The position numbers and the translations under genes are program-made. This document shows positions 46,021 through 57,300 of a stretch of DNA of 64,000 nt, piece after piece (position 1 is the stretch's first letter; every line of letters starts with the position of its first letter). A model generated the notes under the pieces. The model was given only the letters and a program-made list of their open reading frames with translations, had not been told where the DNA came from and searched no databases. Location: positions 84,278 to 148,277 of the IMG/VR virus record IMGVR_UViG_3300028887_000002, one strand, 5' to 3'. Origin of the DNA: a virus (Duplodnaviria > Heunggongvirae > Uroviricota > Caudoviricetes).

Positions 46021-49000
46021 ATGGCTTTTAGTGGTGGACAAAGAATATCTGATGCAACATTAGGAAATTTAGAAGAAGTAATCAAAAGCGCTATGCGTGG
46101 TCATGGCGGCTTTGGTGGTACTGGTAGTGCTATAGGTGGAATCAATGACAGTTATGGTGGTGGTTACGGAGGTGGTGGTTATGATGGTGGCGGTTATCCT
46201 AGTAGTTTGCGTGAGATAAAAAACAAATTCATGGCAAACAGGGAAGAATTAAAATACAGCAGGGATTTTTCAGATATAAAGAAAGCAAAGGAAGAAGAAA
46301 CTTTCAATAAACTCAAGGAAAACATTCTTAAACGCAGGGGCAAATTTGACACGAAAGATGAAGAAAGAGCAAGAAAGATAGCATCAAAATCTGGACTGAA
46401 AGAAGCCAAAGAAGGTGCTGACCTCAAGAGGGCTGAACGTGCTGATGTCCGTGCAAAAGGGGCTGCCGCCGCCGCCGTTGGTCAAGAGATTGGCCAAAAG
46501 ATTGGTGATGCAATCAACGAAATTATGGACTTGTATCTCACTTGGTTTACTTTCCAAGAAAAGACTACAATTGCCCATAATAAGATGATGCATGCCATTA
46601 TGCTTAATAAAATGAATAATTACGGAAAAATCCTTTCAAGTAGCATAAAGAATACCGTAGGCTCATTTATTGGGGGTTCAATTACTGAATCGGCAAATGC
46701 TATGGGTAGAATGGGCAGTGAGGCAATGTCTTCAATGGTTAATATGGCGACAACACAATTAAAGGAAGAAACTGCTTTCTATACCCAAAAAATGGAAGGA
46801 CAAATGAACGCCCAAAATAAGACGATACAGACAACAGCAAACACCCTTGCTGGTATTGCTGGCGCTTGTGCATTAATACCAGGTATTGGTTGGGTGGCAG
46901 CAGGAGTTTTAGGCGTAGTTTCTGGTGCATTGAGTGGTATTGCAAAGGCATATACATCATTTCAAAGTGCGAAACTTGAAATCGCAATGGAAAATTTAAA
47001 AGAATTTACCGATTTTCAAATTGAAACAACCGAAAAGGTGACTGAAAACATCACCAGTACTATGGAACCAATCATAAAAATGAGCGAAGATATTCAAAAA
47101 GAAGTCCTTAAATTGGGTACTGTTATAATGAAAACTGTTGGTGAATTTAATTACGGCGAGGAGAATATTGAAAAATATAAAAACGCCTTATTTAATGTAA
47201 ATTTTGAATTGGCTAATTTGGGTAAAACACTGGAAGATTACGGGAAGATACAAACGACATATAGCGAAGGAACTGGTCGTGCTATAAATTTATCTGGACG
47301 TGATGCAATGAATGTATTTGCAACCGCAAGGTTATATGGGTTGGATGATAGTGCAAGTGCTCAATTATATTCGGATATGAATATATTCAATATGTCTATC
47401 GAAGACGGCAGTGATATGTTAACTTTGATGTATAAGAAAGTTAGCAATATGGGGTTGTCCACAAGAAAATTCGGTAAAGACCTTGCCAAAAACATGAAAC
47501 TTGCGGAAAAATATGATTTCAAGAATGGTGTAAAGGGGTTGGCTGAAATGACTGCGTGGGCGGAAAAGATGAGGTTTAATATGGACAATTTACCATCAGC
47601 ACTTGATAAAATACAAGAAGGTGGTATTGAAGATGTACTTTCAAACTCAGCACAATTACAGGTGCTAGGTGGTAATTTTGCAATGTATTCCGACCCAATG
47701 GCAATGATTTACGAAGGGTTTAACGACCCTGATGCTTATGCAAAACGTCTTACCGAAATGACCAAAGGTATGGGCTATTTTGACAAAAGTATTGGGTCAG
47801 TGCATTTCAGCATGTCCGACCAAATTATGTTACGACAATATGCTAAGACTGCTGGTTTGGATTACAATGATGTTCGTAAACAAATTAACGAACAAATGAA
47901 GCAGGGCGAAGTTATGAAAACCTTAAGAGGTAGTAGTTGGAGTGACGAACAGAAGGGTTTGTTAAGTTCAAAAGCACAATGGGATAAGGACGAACAGACT
48001 TGGAAGGTAAACGTGATGGAAAAGAATGCCCAAGGTCAGTATGAGTATGTTTCCAAGAAATTAAGCGATATTGGTGCAGAAGATATTAAAAACATAGTTC
48101 CTGAAGATACTGATGAACAAATGATTGATATTGCAAAAAAGCAACTATCGTATGAAGAGCAGACTGCCAATGCGACATTATCAACCGCTGCATTATTAGA
48201 AAAATCTAATTATGGAGTTACTGAAGCAGAAGCAAAGAAAAGGATTGACATACAACAAAGCAAGATGTATGAAATTGATGAAAAAATGAAATACGCTCAT
48301 CCTAAAATAGAGGAAATAAAGACTAAAAATTATGAAGTCGGTATTGAAAATACGTTAGCAATATTAGACAAGAATACTAAACTGATGGATGCTTATTTTG
48401 AAGGTCAAAATAAGGCTATGGAACGTTTTAGGGAAAATATGATTGAACATATAAATTTTTTGGCTGAATTGCAAGAAGATATAACAAAACATAAAGGAAT
48501 TTTAGGTGATTTGATGACTAGTAAGTTAGGCGGGAGTGCCAAAGGGTATCAAGAAAAAGTTAAGATGAACGTTGCTGAAGGTAATATAGAAGATTATGTT
48601 GATGAAAATTATAATGTAAATGAAGAATATAGAAATGACGATACACAACGTGCTGAATTGTCAGAAGCGATAGCGCAAGTTTATCAGCCACCAGAACTTG
48701 ATGCAATAACTAAAATAGTTGGAATGACTCCTACAGGTCAGATTGTAAATACTATTAATAGTCTTTTCGGTATAGATGATGATATTAGGGCAGATTACAT
48801 ATCTAATATGATTAAAAATGGACTACTTAAATATGACAAAGATAGCGGGTCGTGGGTGATGAATTCTGAAGATGGTATCATTTCTCCTAACGGTTCGCCG
48901 CATTTAATACCAATCAATGATGGGTTTGTCAAAACCCATCCAAATGATACTATATTAGCCGCCAAGCCAGGAGGCCCGTTCGATACACTGTTTGATGGTA

Positions 49001-49230
49001 TATTCGGCATGGTCAAGGAGATACATTCAGCCCTTACCATTAGTGGTAATGGTAACATAAATGTGAATGTAAATGGTGGTATTGACTTGAAGTCCAACGG
49101 TATGAATATTGAAAACCTACGGAATAATGAAATGTTGAAGAGGGCAATAACGGAAGTTGTACTGGAGAATATGTCCAACAAAGTTAATGGTGGAAAGAAT
49201 GATATGTGGAAAACAAACTTCCGTCAATAA
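46021..49230 (+). CDS. Tape measure protein
   Basis: About 1070 aa, helical Ala/Gly/Met-rich, TM-like segment, position. Confidence 0.8.
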   Translation: MAFSGGQRISDATLGNLEEVIKSAMRGHGGFGGTGSAIGGINDSYGGGYGGGGYDGGGYPSSLREIKNKFMANREELKYSRDFSDIKKAKEEETFNKLKENILKRRGKFDTKDEERARKIASKSGLKEAKEGADLKRAERADVRAKGAAAAAVGQEIGQKIGDAINEIMDLYLTWFTFQEKTTIAHNKMMHAIMLNKMNNYGKILSSSIKNTVGSFIGGSITESANAMGRMGSEAMSSMVNMATTQLKEETAFYTQKMEGQMNAQNKTIQTTANTLAGIAGACALIPGIGWVAAGVLGVVSGALSGIAKAYTSFQSAKLEIAMENLKEFTDFQIETTEKVTENITSTMEPIIKMSEDIQKEVLKLGTVIMKTVGEFNYGEENIEKYKNALFNVNFELANLGKTLEDYGKIQTTYSEGTGRAINLSGRDAMNVFATARLYGLDDSASAQLYSDMNIFNMSIEDGSDMLTLMYKKVSNMGLSTRKFGKDLAKNMKLAEKYDFKNGVKGLAEMTAWAEKMRFNMDNLPSALDKIQEGGIEDVLSNSAQLQVLGGNFAMYSDPMAMIYEGFNDPDAYAKRLTEMTKGMGYFDKSIGSVHFSMSDQIMLRQYAKTAGLDYNDVRKQINEQMKQGEVMKTLRGSSWSDEQKGLLSSKAQWDKDEQTWKVNVMEKNAQGQYEYVSKKLSDIGAEDIKNIVPEDTDEQMIDIAKKQLSYEEQTANATLSTAALLEKSNYGVTEAEAKKRIDIQQSKMYEIDEKMKYAHPKIEEIKTKNYEVGIENTLAILDKNTKLMDAYFEGQNKAMERFRENMIEHINFLAELQEDITKHKGILGDLMTSKLGGSAKGYQEKVKMNVAEGNIEDYVDENYNVNEEYRNDDTQRAELSEAIAQVYQPPELDAITKIVGMTPTGQIVNTINSLFGIDDDIRADYISNMIKNGLLKYDKDSGSWVMNSEDGIISPNGSPHLIPINDGFVKTHPNDTILAAKPGGPFDTLFDGIFGMVKEIHSALTISGNGNINVNVNGGIDLKSNGMNIENLRNNEMLKRAITEVVLENMSNKVNGGKNDMWKTNFRQ

Positions 49231-49282
49231 AAAAAACGAATAACAACTATTTATCACTATATTATTATAAAGATTTTTCAAT

Positions 49283-52200
49283 ATGGCAGGTTTGATTAAC
49301 AGTTCGATAAATGATACGATAAGCAAGTTTACTCCAAGGGGTAAGAATGGTTACGGACAGATAACCGACAATATAGATAGTTTATCCTTGGGTGAACTGA
49401 AGAATTTTGCAACCTCCATATGCGACCTTGTAATTGGGGATTTTCCTACATTCAACCAGTATATGTATTCCTGCATGTACCGACTTATGCTGATAAACAT
49501 CGTTGAAAAGGATGTTACGTTGAATGCACTTGGTGCAAACGCCTATGACGGTGGTGATTCAAGGAATATCGGCACACGAGTTGAAAGACCGCCTTATGCT
49601 GAGGAAATAAACTACCTCAACTTTGCCGACAAGTTAAGATATGCTGGTGGGACAAGGGAATATTCAACAAGGGAGAAGGAAAAGAACGACCCATATTTTG
49701 ATTACGACAACCTTTACCTTGATGATACCAACAAGGGTACGTTCACAAACAAGTGGGCGACCAATATTGACAGAAACTCAATCTTATATAAAACAAAGAG
49801 GATTTTCAATGAAAATAAAGCCAATACCATAATATCCCAGTTCGGCACAAACTGCGGTGACGGAACACCCAACAAACCAAGGAAGGGTGTTACGTATGAC
49901 GGACAGGTTAGGACGCAGTTCGGCGAATCACATGGACGCAACTTACTGACAAGGGATGCTGAATACAACGGTATTGCACAGAATATCAACGGTTATATGA
50001 ATCCCTACTGCCGTGTATGGACGCATCATCACAAGATGGACAGGTATTCACGAGCGATGAGACCGTTTGACGGAGACCGTGACAAGATACATCACTGGGA
50101 AATGTTCAACATTGAAGATGATAACAAATGGGGCTGGAAGAGCAAACAGAACGATGGGTGGCAGTATTCCGTTATGAACAAGGATACTGGTTTTATAAAT
50201 ATGACGCCATCCTATCAGAATGGTGGTGGTTACAATAATATACATTCAAAACAATGTATGTTCTCCATCGAAAACCTTGCATGGAAGGACTATGACCCTT
50301 ATGCATTTGACCAGTGCCTGTCGTGGGAGCAGAGAGGCCCGCTGGGTGGTCGCATAATGTGGTTTCCGCCATATGATTTGCAATTCAGTGAAACTGCTTC
50401 AGCACAATGGACGCCAAGCACTTTCATTGGTAGAGGCGAGGATGTATATACATATACAAATAGTTCAAGGACTGGAACATTGAGTTTCATAATGCTGACC
50501 GACCATCCGTCAATAACTGACTATGTAACTTGGTATCAACCTAATGATACAGGAAGTGAGGGTGGTGCATCACAAATTGGAATAACACTGGACGGCAATA
50601 CTACAACGACTATTGTCAATAAGGTAAAGGATACCGACTGGCTACGTTTCTTTGCTGGATGTGATAAGGATACCATATTTGAACGAGCAGTTCCTACGCC
50701 CTTGACTGACGAGGGTATGCAGATAGTTGCCCCTCCTGATAAAGAGACTGTAAACACCAAGGAAAGCAAGCAGGAAAATGTAGAGGAAACTATAAAAGCG
50801 AGAGTTTATGTATTTTATCCTAACAACTATTCAGGACAATTTGATAGGGATGGTGTTGTTGACCCAATTGTTTATCTGCTTGCAGGTAGGGGTTGTCAGA
50901 AAAACGGCGAGAATGATATACCGATTGACTGGAACGATAACTTTGACCCCGAAAATGCATTGGGTTATGAGATGGGCAACGAAACCGTAAGTTATGGTTT
51001 GAATGTCACGATAGAGGGTAATACTGACCTTAGAAAGTCAACACAGTTCAAGGATGACAAGAATATTATATCATATAACAAAACCACACATCAATATGAT
51101 GAGAGCAATCCAATAAAGTGGTACTATAGGATTGATGGCGAATATAAGCCGACGGGCGATAGGGTTAAAAACACTTACGACCAAGCGTTGGTAAGGCCTA
51201 GCGGTGCATCAGAAACAACCGCTTGGACAAACACGAACTATTGGGACTTGGAATCATTACATCTGAATACCAATATAAATTCAGTCAAGAACAATTTAAA
51301 ACTTGGTGATGATGATAATATAAAGTTATATTCTTTAGTTGATTTTGCTTGTGCTTACGCTAAATTGAAGGGCTACACTAAAATGGAAAAGTACTTAAGG
51401 GATAAGTTTAACCTAACGTCAACGGTTGTAAATTCTGATACAAACTATTCACCAGAGGAAAGTACACCTAATTACTCACCTACGGACGAAAGGAATAAAT
51501 TCAATTCATTATCTTCAGTTGACCAGATATTAACTTTATTTGATGAATATGAATTAACTAGTATTGTATCTTGTGGTAATGCTCCAAATGATGGTATTGA
51601 CCCTGAACCAAAGAACAACAAGAGATTAGACCGTAACAACAACTTGGCCAAAGAAAGAAGTTGTACTCTTATGACTTGGTTGAAAAAATTTAAAGAATGC
51701 AGTGCAACAGAATACGGTCCGAATACGATTACAAAAGTGCCAAGTCAAAACCAATACAATAATAACGGCAAGGAAAACAAGTCGGCAAGATTTGCTTATG
51801 CTGATTTAACCTTCAAAAAATCCAGCGTAGTAACCACAACCGTCAACGTTACATCCGAGATTGATGTTTATAACGGCTATATGTATTATGCCGATGACGA
51901 GGAAGGTCACAAGATGTACAAGGACAAGGAAGGCCGTATTTGGATTGATGTTAACGGAAAGATGGTTCTTAGGGACTTTTATCTAACAGATGTTGTTGCT
52001 AGGGATAACGATAAGAATGGTAACTCCAACGATGTAAAGACCATCAATATGTATCAGTCCAACAAACTCCGCTACGACCAGGAATATCATTTCTACAAGA
52101 AGTTGGAGAGAGACCACCCTGCCGTATGGACTAAACTGACCGACAAGTTGAAGTATTTTGACCCAGCGTTCCACAGCATGACACCCGAAGGATTTAATGC

Positions 52201-52930
52201 AAGGCTTACGTTCCTTAACCAGTGTGTAAGGCAGGGCAATACGCTTACAATGTCGGATACTATTGGGTCAACGGCAAATAACTTGGCGTTTGGACGTGCA
52301 CCCTATTGCGTCCTGAGGGTTGGAGACTTTTATAACCAAATGATAGTGATTGACAGTATCAACATTGACTACAAGGTATCAGATGGCTTGCAGTGGGACT
52401 TGAATGACGAGGGTATTGGTGTACAGCCGATGCTTGCAAGGGTGAGCATTAACTTCAAGTTCATTGGCGGTGGCGACTTGGCGGGACCTGTCAGACGACT
52501 ACAGAATGCTATGTCGTTCAATTATTATGCCAACACCCGTCTCTATGATAACAGGGCTGACCGTATGGTTTATAATCCCGACGAACGTGCGCAGGGTGGC
52601 GGCGGTCACGATGAACCCGACCAACTGAAGAGTTACGCTTATGTCGGTCGGTATTATGATGAGACTAAGGCTACAGGTGTAACTTCGGCATTGAGTGGTA
52701 CTAGTGGTAAGGAAAAGGCCGCGAAGACTATGGACTTCAAGGAGTTCAAAGCTCAGACTGGACTGGATAAGTACAAGGATAATGAGGATGTTATCCGCGA
52801 AATATCCAAATATACTGGTGTAGGAATGAACGAGATTGAAAAGATGATTGATGAGGAAGGCAAGGTAAATATGGATGACTATTCACCATTCGCCGACTAT
52901 TATAACAATAATAATTCACCTAGCAGATAA
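49283..52930 (+). CDS. Large baseplate/tail protein
   Basis: GRIMWFPPYDL, FIGRGEDVYTY, FHSMTPEGFNARLTFL, CVLRVGDFY; follows tape measure. Confidence 0.65.
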   Translation: MAGLINSSINDTISKFTPRGKNGYGQITDNIDSLSLGELKNFATSICDLVIGDFPTFNQYMYSCMYRLMLINIVEKDVTLNALGANAYDGGDSRNIGTRVERPPYAEEINYLNFADKLRYAGGTREYSTREKEKNDPYFDYDNLYLDDTNKGTFTNKWATNIDRNSILYKTKRIFNENKANTIISQFGTNCGDGTPNKPRKGVTYDGQVRTQFGESHGRNLLTRDAEYNGIAQNINGYMNPYCRVWTHHHKMDRYSRAMRPFDGDRDKIHHWEMFNIEDDNKWGWKSKQNDGWQYSVMNKDTGFINMTPSYQNGGGYNNIHSKQCMFSIENLAWKDYDPYAFDQCLSWEQRGPLGGRIMWFPPYDLQFSETASAQWTPSTFIGRGEDVYTYTNSSRTGTLSFIMLTDHPSITDYVTWYQPNDTGSEGGASQIGITLDGNTTTTIVNKVKDTDWLRFFAGCDKDTIFERAVPTPLTDEGMQIVAPPDKETVNTKESKQENVEETIKARVYVFYPNNYSGQFDRDGVVDPIVYLLAGRGCQKNGENDIPIDWNDNFDPENALGYEMGNETVSYGLNVTIEGNTDLRKSTQFKDDKNIISYNKTTHQYDESNPIKWYYRIDGEYKPTGDRVKNTYDQALVRPSGASETTAWTNTNYWDLESLHLNTNINSVKNNLKLGDDDNIKLYSLVDFACAYAKLKGYTKMEKYLRDKFNLTSTVVNSDTNYSPEESTPNYSPTDERNKFNSLSSVDQILTLFDEYELTSIVSCGNAPNDGIDPEPKNNKRLDRNNNLAKERSCTLMTWLKKFKECSATEYGPNTITKVPSQNQYNNNGKENKSARFAYADLTFKKSSVVTTTVNVTSEIDVYNGYMYYADDEEGHKMYKDKEGRIWIDVNGKMVLRDFYLTDVVARDNDKNGNSNDVKTINMYQSNKLRYDQEYHFYKKLERDHPAVWTKLTDKLKYFDPAFHSMTPEGFNARLTFLNQCVRQGNTLTMSDTIGSTANNLAFGRAPYCVLRVGDFYNQMIVIDSINIDYKVSDGLQWDLNDEGIGVQPMLARVSINFKFIGGGDLAGPVRRLQNAMSFNYYANTRLYDNRADRMVYNPDERAQGGGGHDEPDQLKSYAYVGRYYDETKATGVTSALSGTSGKEKAAKTMDFKEFKAQTGLDKYKDNEDVIREISKYTGVGMNEIEKMIDEEGKVNMDDYSPFADYYNNNNSPSR

Positions 52931-52935
52931 TATTT

Positions 52936-53253
52936 ATGGCAAGTACTTACGACAGATATGCAAAGTTCAGACAGAACGGATATGTAGGGAAAGTCCCGTT
53001 TATTAGGATTGCTGAAAGCGGGGACGACCTTACGGTTACATACGACAAGGGGACTATGAGGATGGATATTTTGTCCAACTACTATTATGGCGACCCCAAC
53101 TTTGGGTGGCTTATATTACAGGCCAATCCGTCACTTCCATCATACGAGTACCTTATTGACAGTGGTGTAAGTATAAGGATACCTTATCCGTTAAGCAGTG
53201 CATTGTCACGCTACGAATCAGCGATAGAATACTATTTTGAACACGGGGAATAG
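52936..53253 (+). CDS. LysM-like baseplate wedge protein (gp53/gpX-like)
   Basis: RMDILSNYYYGDPNFGWLILQANP...IRIP. Confidence 0.75.
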   Translation: MASTYDRYAKFRQNGYVGKVPFIRIAESGDDLTVTYDKGTMRMDILSNYYYGDPNFGWLILQANPSLPSYEYLIDSGVSIRIPYPLSSALSRYESAIEYYFEHGE

Positions 53254-53254
53254 G

Positions 53255-53283
53255 TTGATTTTCCATTCTATTTTCACTATATT
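53255..53283 (+). promoter_or_regulatory. Sigma70-like phage promoter
   Basis: TTGATT-N17-TATATT. Confidence 0.5.
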
Positions 53284-53304
53284 TATTTCTAAAAACACAC
53301 GATT

Positions 53305-54348
53305 ATGCCTGACAATGAACCACTAGTTTCAATGTATGACCTCAACGAACAAATGAAGGGTGCTAAAAATCCTGGCGGTACTAGAATTATTTATGTTGAA
53401 CCTAACGATGCCAGCGGATATGTTGGTATCGGGAATGGGAAAGATGATTTTAGAGAATATTTAAAAGACCCAGATAAATACACGAAGAAAAATAACCCAG
53501 CAACAAAGCCTCCTGTACCATTAACCCCTGACTACACAAAGTTCTGTATCAGTTTCGACCTTATCGTTGAAAAGGTGAGCAGAATGAAAAGGGATATGAA
53601 TACCGTTGACAAGGAATGGGTTATAATTTCATGGACTTCGGATTTCAATACTGGAAAGGATACTGACAGCAAAGACCCAAGTGACTTAAAGATTTCGCCA
53701 GTAAGTTTCTTGCAGGGACAAACATTTGACAACCATGACTTCTTGACAACATATTACACTGATGCGCATTTCAATGAGATATTGAAGAATCAGGAAAAGA
53801 AGACTGTGGAAGGGTTGGGTGTTGAATCGGTAACCCTTGCATTTGAGAACTGGTATTGTCCCGTTGCAACAATAAAGTTCGTTGATGTAAGAGGTTCTTC
53901 GTTGTTTGGTGTTGAGGAACATAACCATAGGACACCTAAAGGTGAAATTACAGCCGACACCGTATTCGGTTGTTTCTTCACATTCCCATATCCCAAGTTC
54001 ACCTTGCAGTTGAAGGGTTTTTACGGACAGGCAGTAAGTTATCAGTTGTCCTGCAAGTCGTTTAAGGCTAACTTCAATTCACAGACTGGTAATTTTGAAG
54101 CGACTGCAAGTTTTATCGGTTACCAGTATGGCATATTGACGGATGTTCCGATTTCATATTTGGTAATTGCCCCCGAATGTACATACGGCGATAGTGGTAG
54201 TGCTTACTGGAATATGAAGACTGAGGACAAACCCGAAAATGACGATTGGCGGTTAAGCAACGGACAGATGCCTATCAAGTTAAGACAACTTGTGGAGAAT
54301 ATGAACAGGGCGTTGAAGGGTGGCGCGGAGAATAATGAGAATCAATAA
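53305..54348 (+). CDS. Baseplate hub-like protein, N-terminal part
   Basis: IKFVDVRG, FFTFPYPKFTLQLKGFYG; ends 2 nt before the next ORF. Confidence 0.6.
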   Translation: MPDNEPLVSMYDLNEQMKGAKNPGGTRIIYVEPNDASGYVGIGNGKDDFREYLKDPDKYTKKNNPATKPPVPLTPDYTKFCISFDLIVEKVSRMKRDMNTVDKEWVIISWTSDFNTGKDTDSKDPSDLKISPVSFLQGQTFDNHDFLTTYYTDAHFNEILKNQEKKTVEGLGVESVTLAFENWYCPVATIKFVDVRGSSLFGVEEHNHRTPKGEITADTVFGCFFTFPYPKFTLQLKGFYGQAVSYQLSCKSFKANFNSQTGNFEATASFIGYQYGILTDVPISYLVIAPECTYGDSGSAYWNMKTEDKPENDDWRLSNGQMPIKLRQLVENMNRALKGGAENNENQ

Positions 54349-54350
54349 GG

Positions 54351-57300
54351 TTGGATATGACTTTGCAAGAAAAAGAAGAAGAAATCAAAAGAAAATTTAA
54401 TAAACTTAACCCTGTTTCCGATAAAGTTACATTAGAAAGTTTTCGAAATATCGGAACTAAAACCGAGACGGACGAATCAGTATATGTTCTGAAATTTAAA
54501 GGGGTTCTTAATGAATATAGAAGTTCTATCAACTACAAGGAACTTGATGGTATAAGTCTTATTGATGCTACGGTAAATGAAATAAAATCTAAGGCGCTAT
54601 CCTTAGTTAATGACGATGAAAAACAACAAAAGGTTAAAGAGAAAAAATCATACTTAGCAACTCAAGCACAAGCGATAAAAGCAAGTGTAAGTGCCACTGA
54701 AGGTGACAAGTATTATGAAATATATGAACAATACAACAAAGTAATAAACCTGTTCAATTCAATAGATTCATCACATAAATACGTTATCAATTCCATATAC
54801 AATCAGGGGTTTAAAATAATAATTGCTAATGTTATACAGAATATTTATGAAAGTAATAATATCAGTGAAGACACCCTTGAAAAGATTGCAACTGAATTAA
54901 AGAAACTGTGGGAAATATGCAAGAAGAATAACTATGTTGTTAATTCCGATGGTAATGCAAATGGGTTCCCTTGCCACGTTTCCGCATATGACATAGAAGG
55001 GAAATCAGATAAGAAATACATTGAATACAACAAGTTCAGGTCTTCAAGACTTGGCGCTGAGTACGGTACGTTTTATTATAATGGTGAAATATTACTAAAT
55101 GAATTTAACGAGGAAAACGAAGACATAAAATCGACAAAACGTTATTTTGTTAATCTGCTTGCACCTAGAAAGGGTGTGAAACCTCTTGGTGATATTGGTT
55201 TTTATTGGCTTTCAAAGGATAATCCCGACTATGGTACGCATAATGACAAGGATGTAATTGTTGATTACCCAGAACGTTTTAAAACAGAAATGGGTGCCCC
55301 TTTTGGCGTTGAGGTTAGTAAAGAGGAATATACTAAAGCATTAGAAGAAATTCAAAGTTTATATTCATTTACTAAGATTGATGAAAAAACTTTATTTCAA
55401 AACATTTCATTCTTAATCTACGACGACTGTGACTTTGGTAAAAACTTGATTGATGAAATCAGTAATGCAAGGAAGACAATTGATGAGATTGACAACAGCA
55501 TTGCAAGTAACAACGAGGAGCAGAAAAGAGACTTTTTGGCTGAAGCAGGAATGCCACCAACCCTTGGGGACTTGTTCAAGACGATTATGTGCCATCTTGA
55601 GACCTTCACCCATATGGTATTCACTTGTTCGCAGACAATCTACAATCAAATCAAGGACAACGAGCGAACCCCTGACAAATTACATCTCAACCTAGACGAT
55701 ACCGACATTATCAACTACGATATAATTACGTCAAACAAGAGTGTAACACCAGTAACACCATTTCCAGGAATATATAGGGAACAGGATTATAGCAGTACTA
55801 ACAAGGAGTCGCTTCATCCGCTTAGGGGACAGCCGCCTGACGGCATAAAGTCAATGTCGTGGACTGGCGAAATTGACAAGAACTTGGAAAAGAAGATGGA
55901 AGAGACTATACTTGTTGAGTCCATTTACAATAAAATTACCAGTGTATACGAGAGTATGCAGGAAAGTGCTGGCGAGGAAATACCTACGTCCTATGGTATA
56001 ATGCCTTACCCAATACTCCCGACCGACCTCAACCACTCATTGTTCCCAGCATATTCTATTGACAGGATTGACGGACTTGCGGCATATTTGGCGTTTAGGA
56101 TGTCACTGCTTCATTATTGTAAAAAAATCAATTCAGACCAGTACCAAATGGGTACTATTGGCGAAGTGGACGGATTCAATTATTGGGAAACGTTACGTTC
56201 AAGTGTTGGTAGCGATAGCGGTGCATTAAATATATTAAGGAACATCAACGATAAGATAGGCGGACTTGATAAGTTTGATGAAACCGTTAGGCAGATAGTA
56301 ACCTGTACTTCCGAAGACGATAGGTTTAAGACTGACGGCCGATACATATTTGAACGCTACGCCAAGACCTTTGGCATCGTGGATACCTGTAATGATGATG
56401 GGACTTATACTGAAGGAAGAGAGTTAAAGAAATCTCAACGCATATTAGCGGAAGGCAACAACAGACAAGGGATTTCCGAATACCAATACAGGTATATGGA
56501 GGATATCAAGGATAGCAGTCTGGAAGAAAACAACTACTATCATCGTTTCAAAACCAACAAGTTAATACCTATCGGTATGGAAACATTCGATGAACTAGCC
56601 AACATTGTCACTCCAAAGAGGAATGACACTGGGTACTTAACTTTTGACATTAAAGCCAGCAACACTACTCCGCCAACACAAAATGACGTTGTAGTATGCG
56701 GAACTCCAACTCACAATCCATCTGACGAACATATTCAATATGAAGTCACAAACAATGATATGTTTAGGGTTTTTATTGATGGTGGTGATAAGTATGGTGA
56801 ACGTGCGATTGGACAGATAAGGGACAGCATACTTAACACATATAAAGACGGTGACGTTGAAATTGGTGGTGGAAATTATAAGCAAACGTTCAATTTAAGC
56901 AATATTAGGGAAAGTTATTTCAATATAGATGATTCTGATTTTGTTAAGTATTTTGGTGATAAGAAATTAAGTTTATATCCAAACACGGCAATACAGGAGG
57001 AAATAACTGACGTTGCTGACCCAAATTGCATCTATTTTCCAACGGACAAATCTTCAATAAGAATACCTAACGGTTATATCCAATCAACTAGAAACAACGG
57101 AAAAGCCAAAGTCGATGCGAAAATTTTATATGACGAAAATATTAAAGTTGTAAAGTCTAAACTATACAAGAGCGACGGGGAGACATTGGTAGGCAATGAG
57201 AACCAACTTAGTGATGAATATCTTAAATTAGTTGGTGACGGTACGGCTGACTTAAAAACCTTAAAATTAAGGGACTTTGACATTTATGTCAGTATCAATA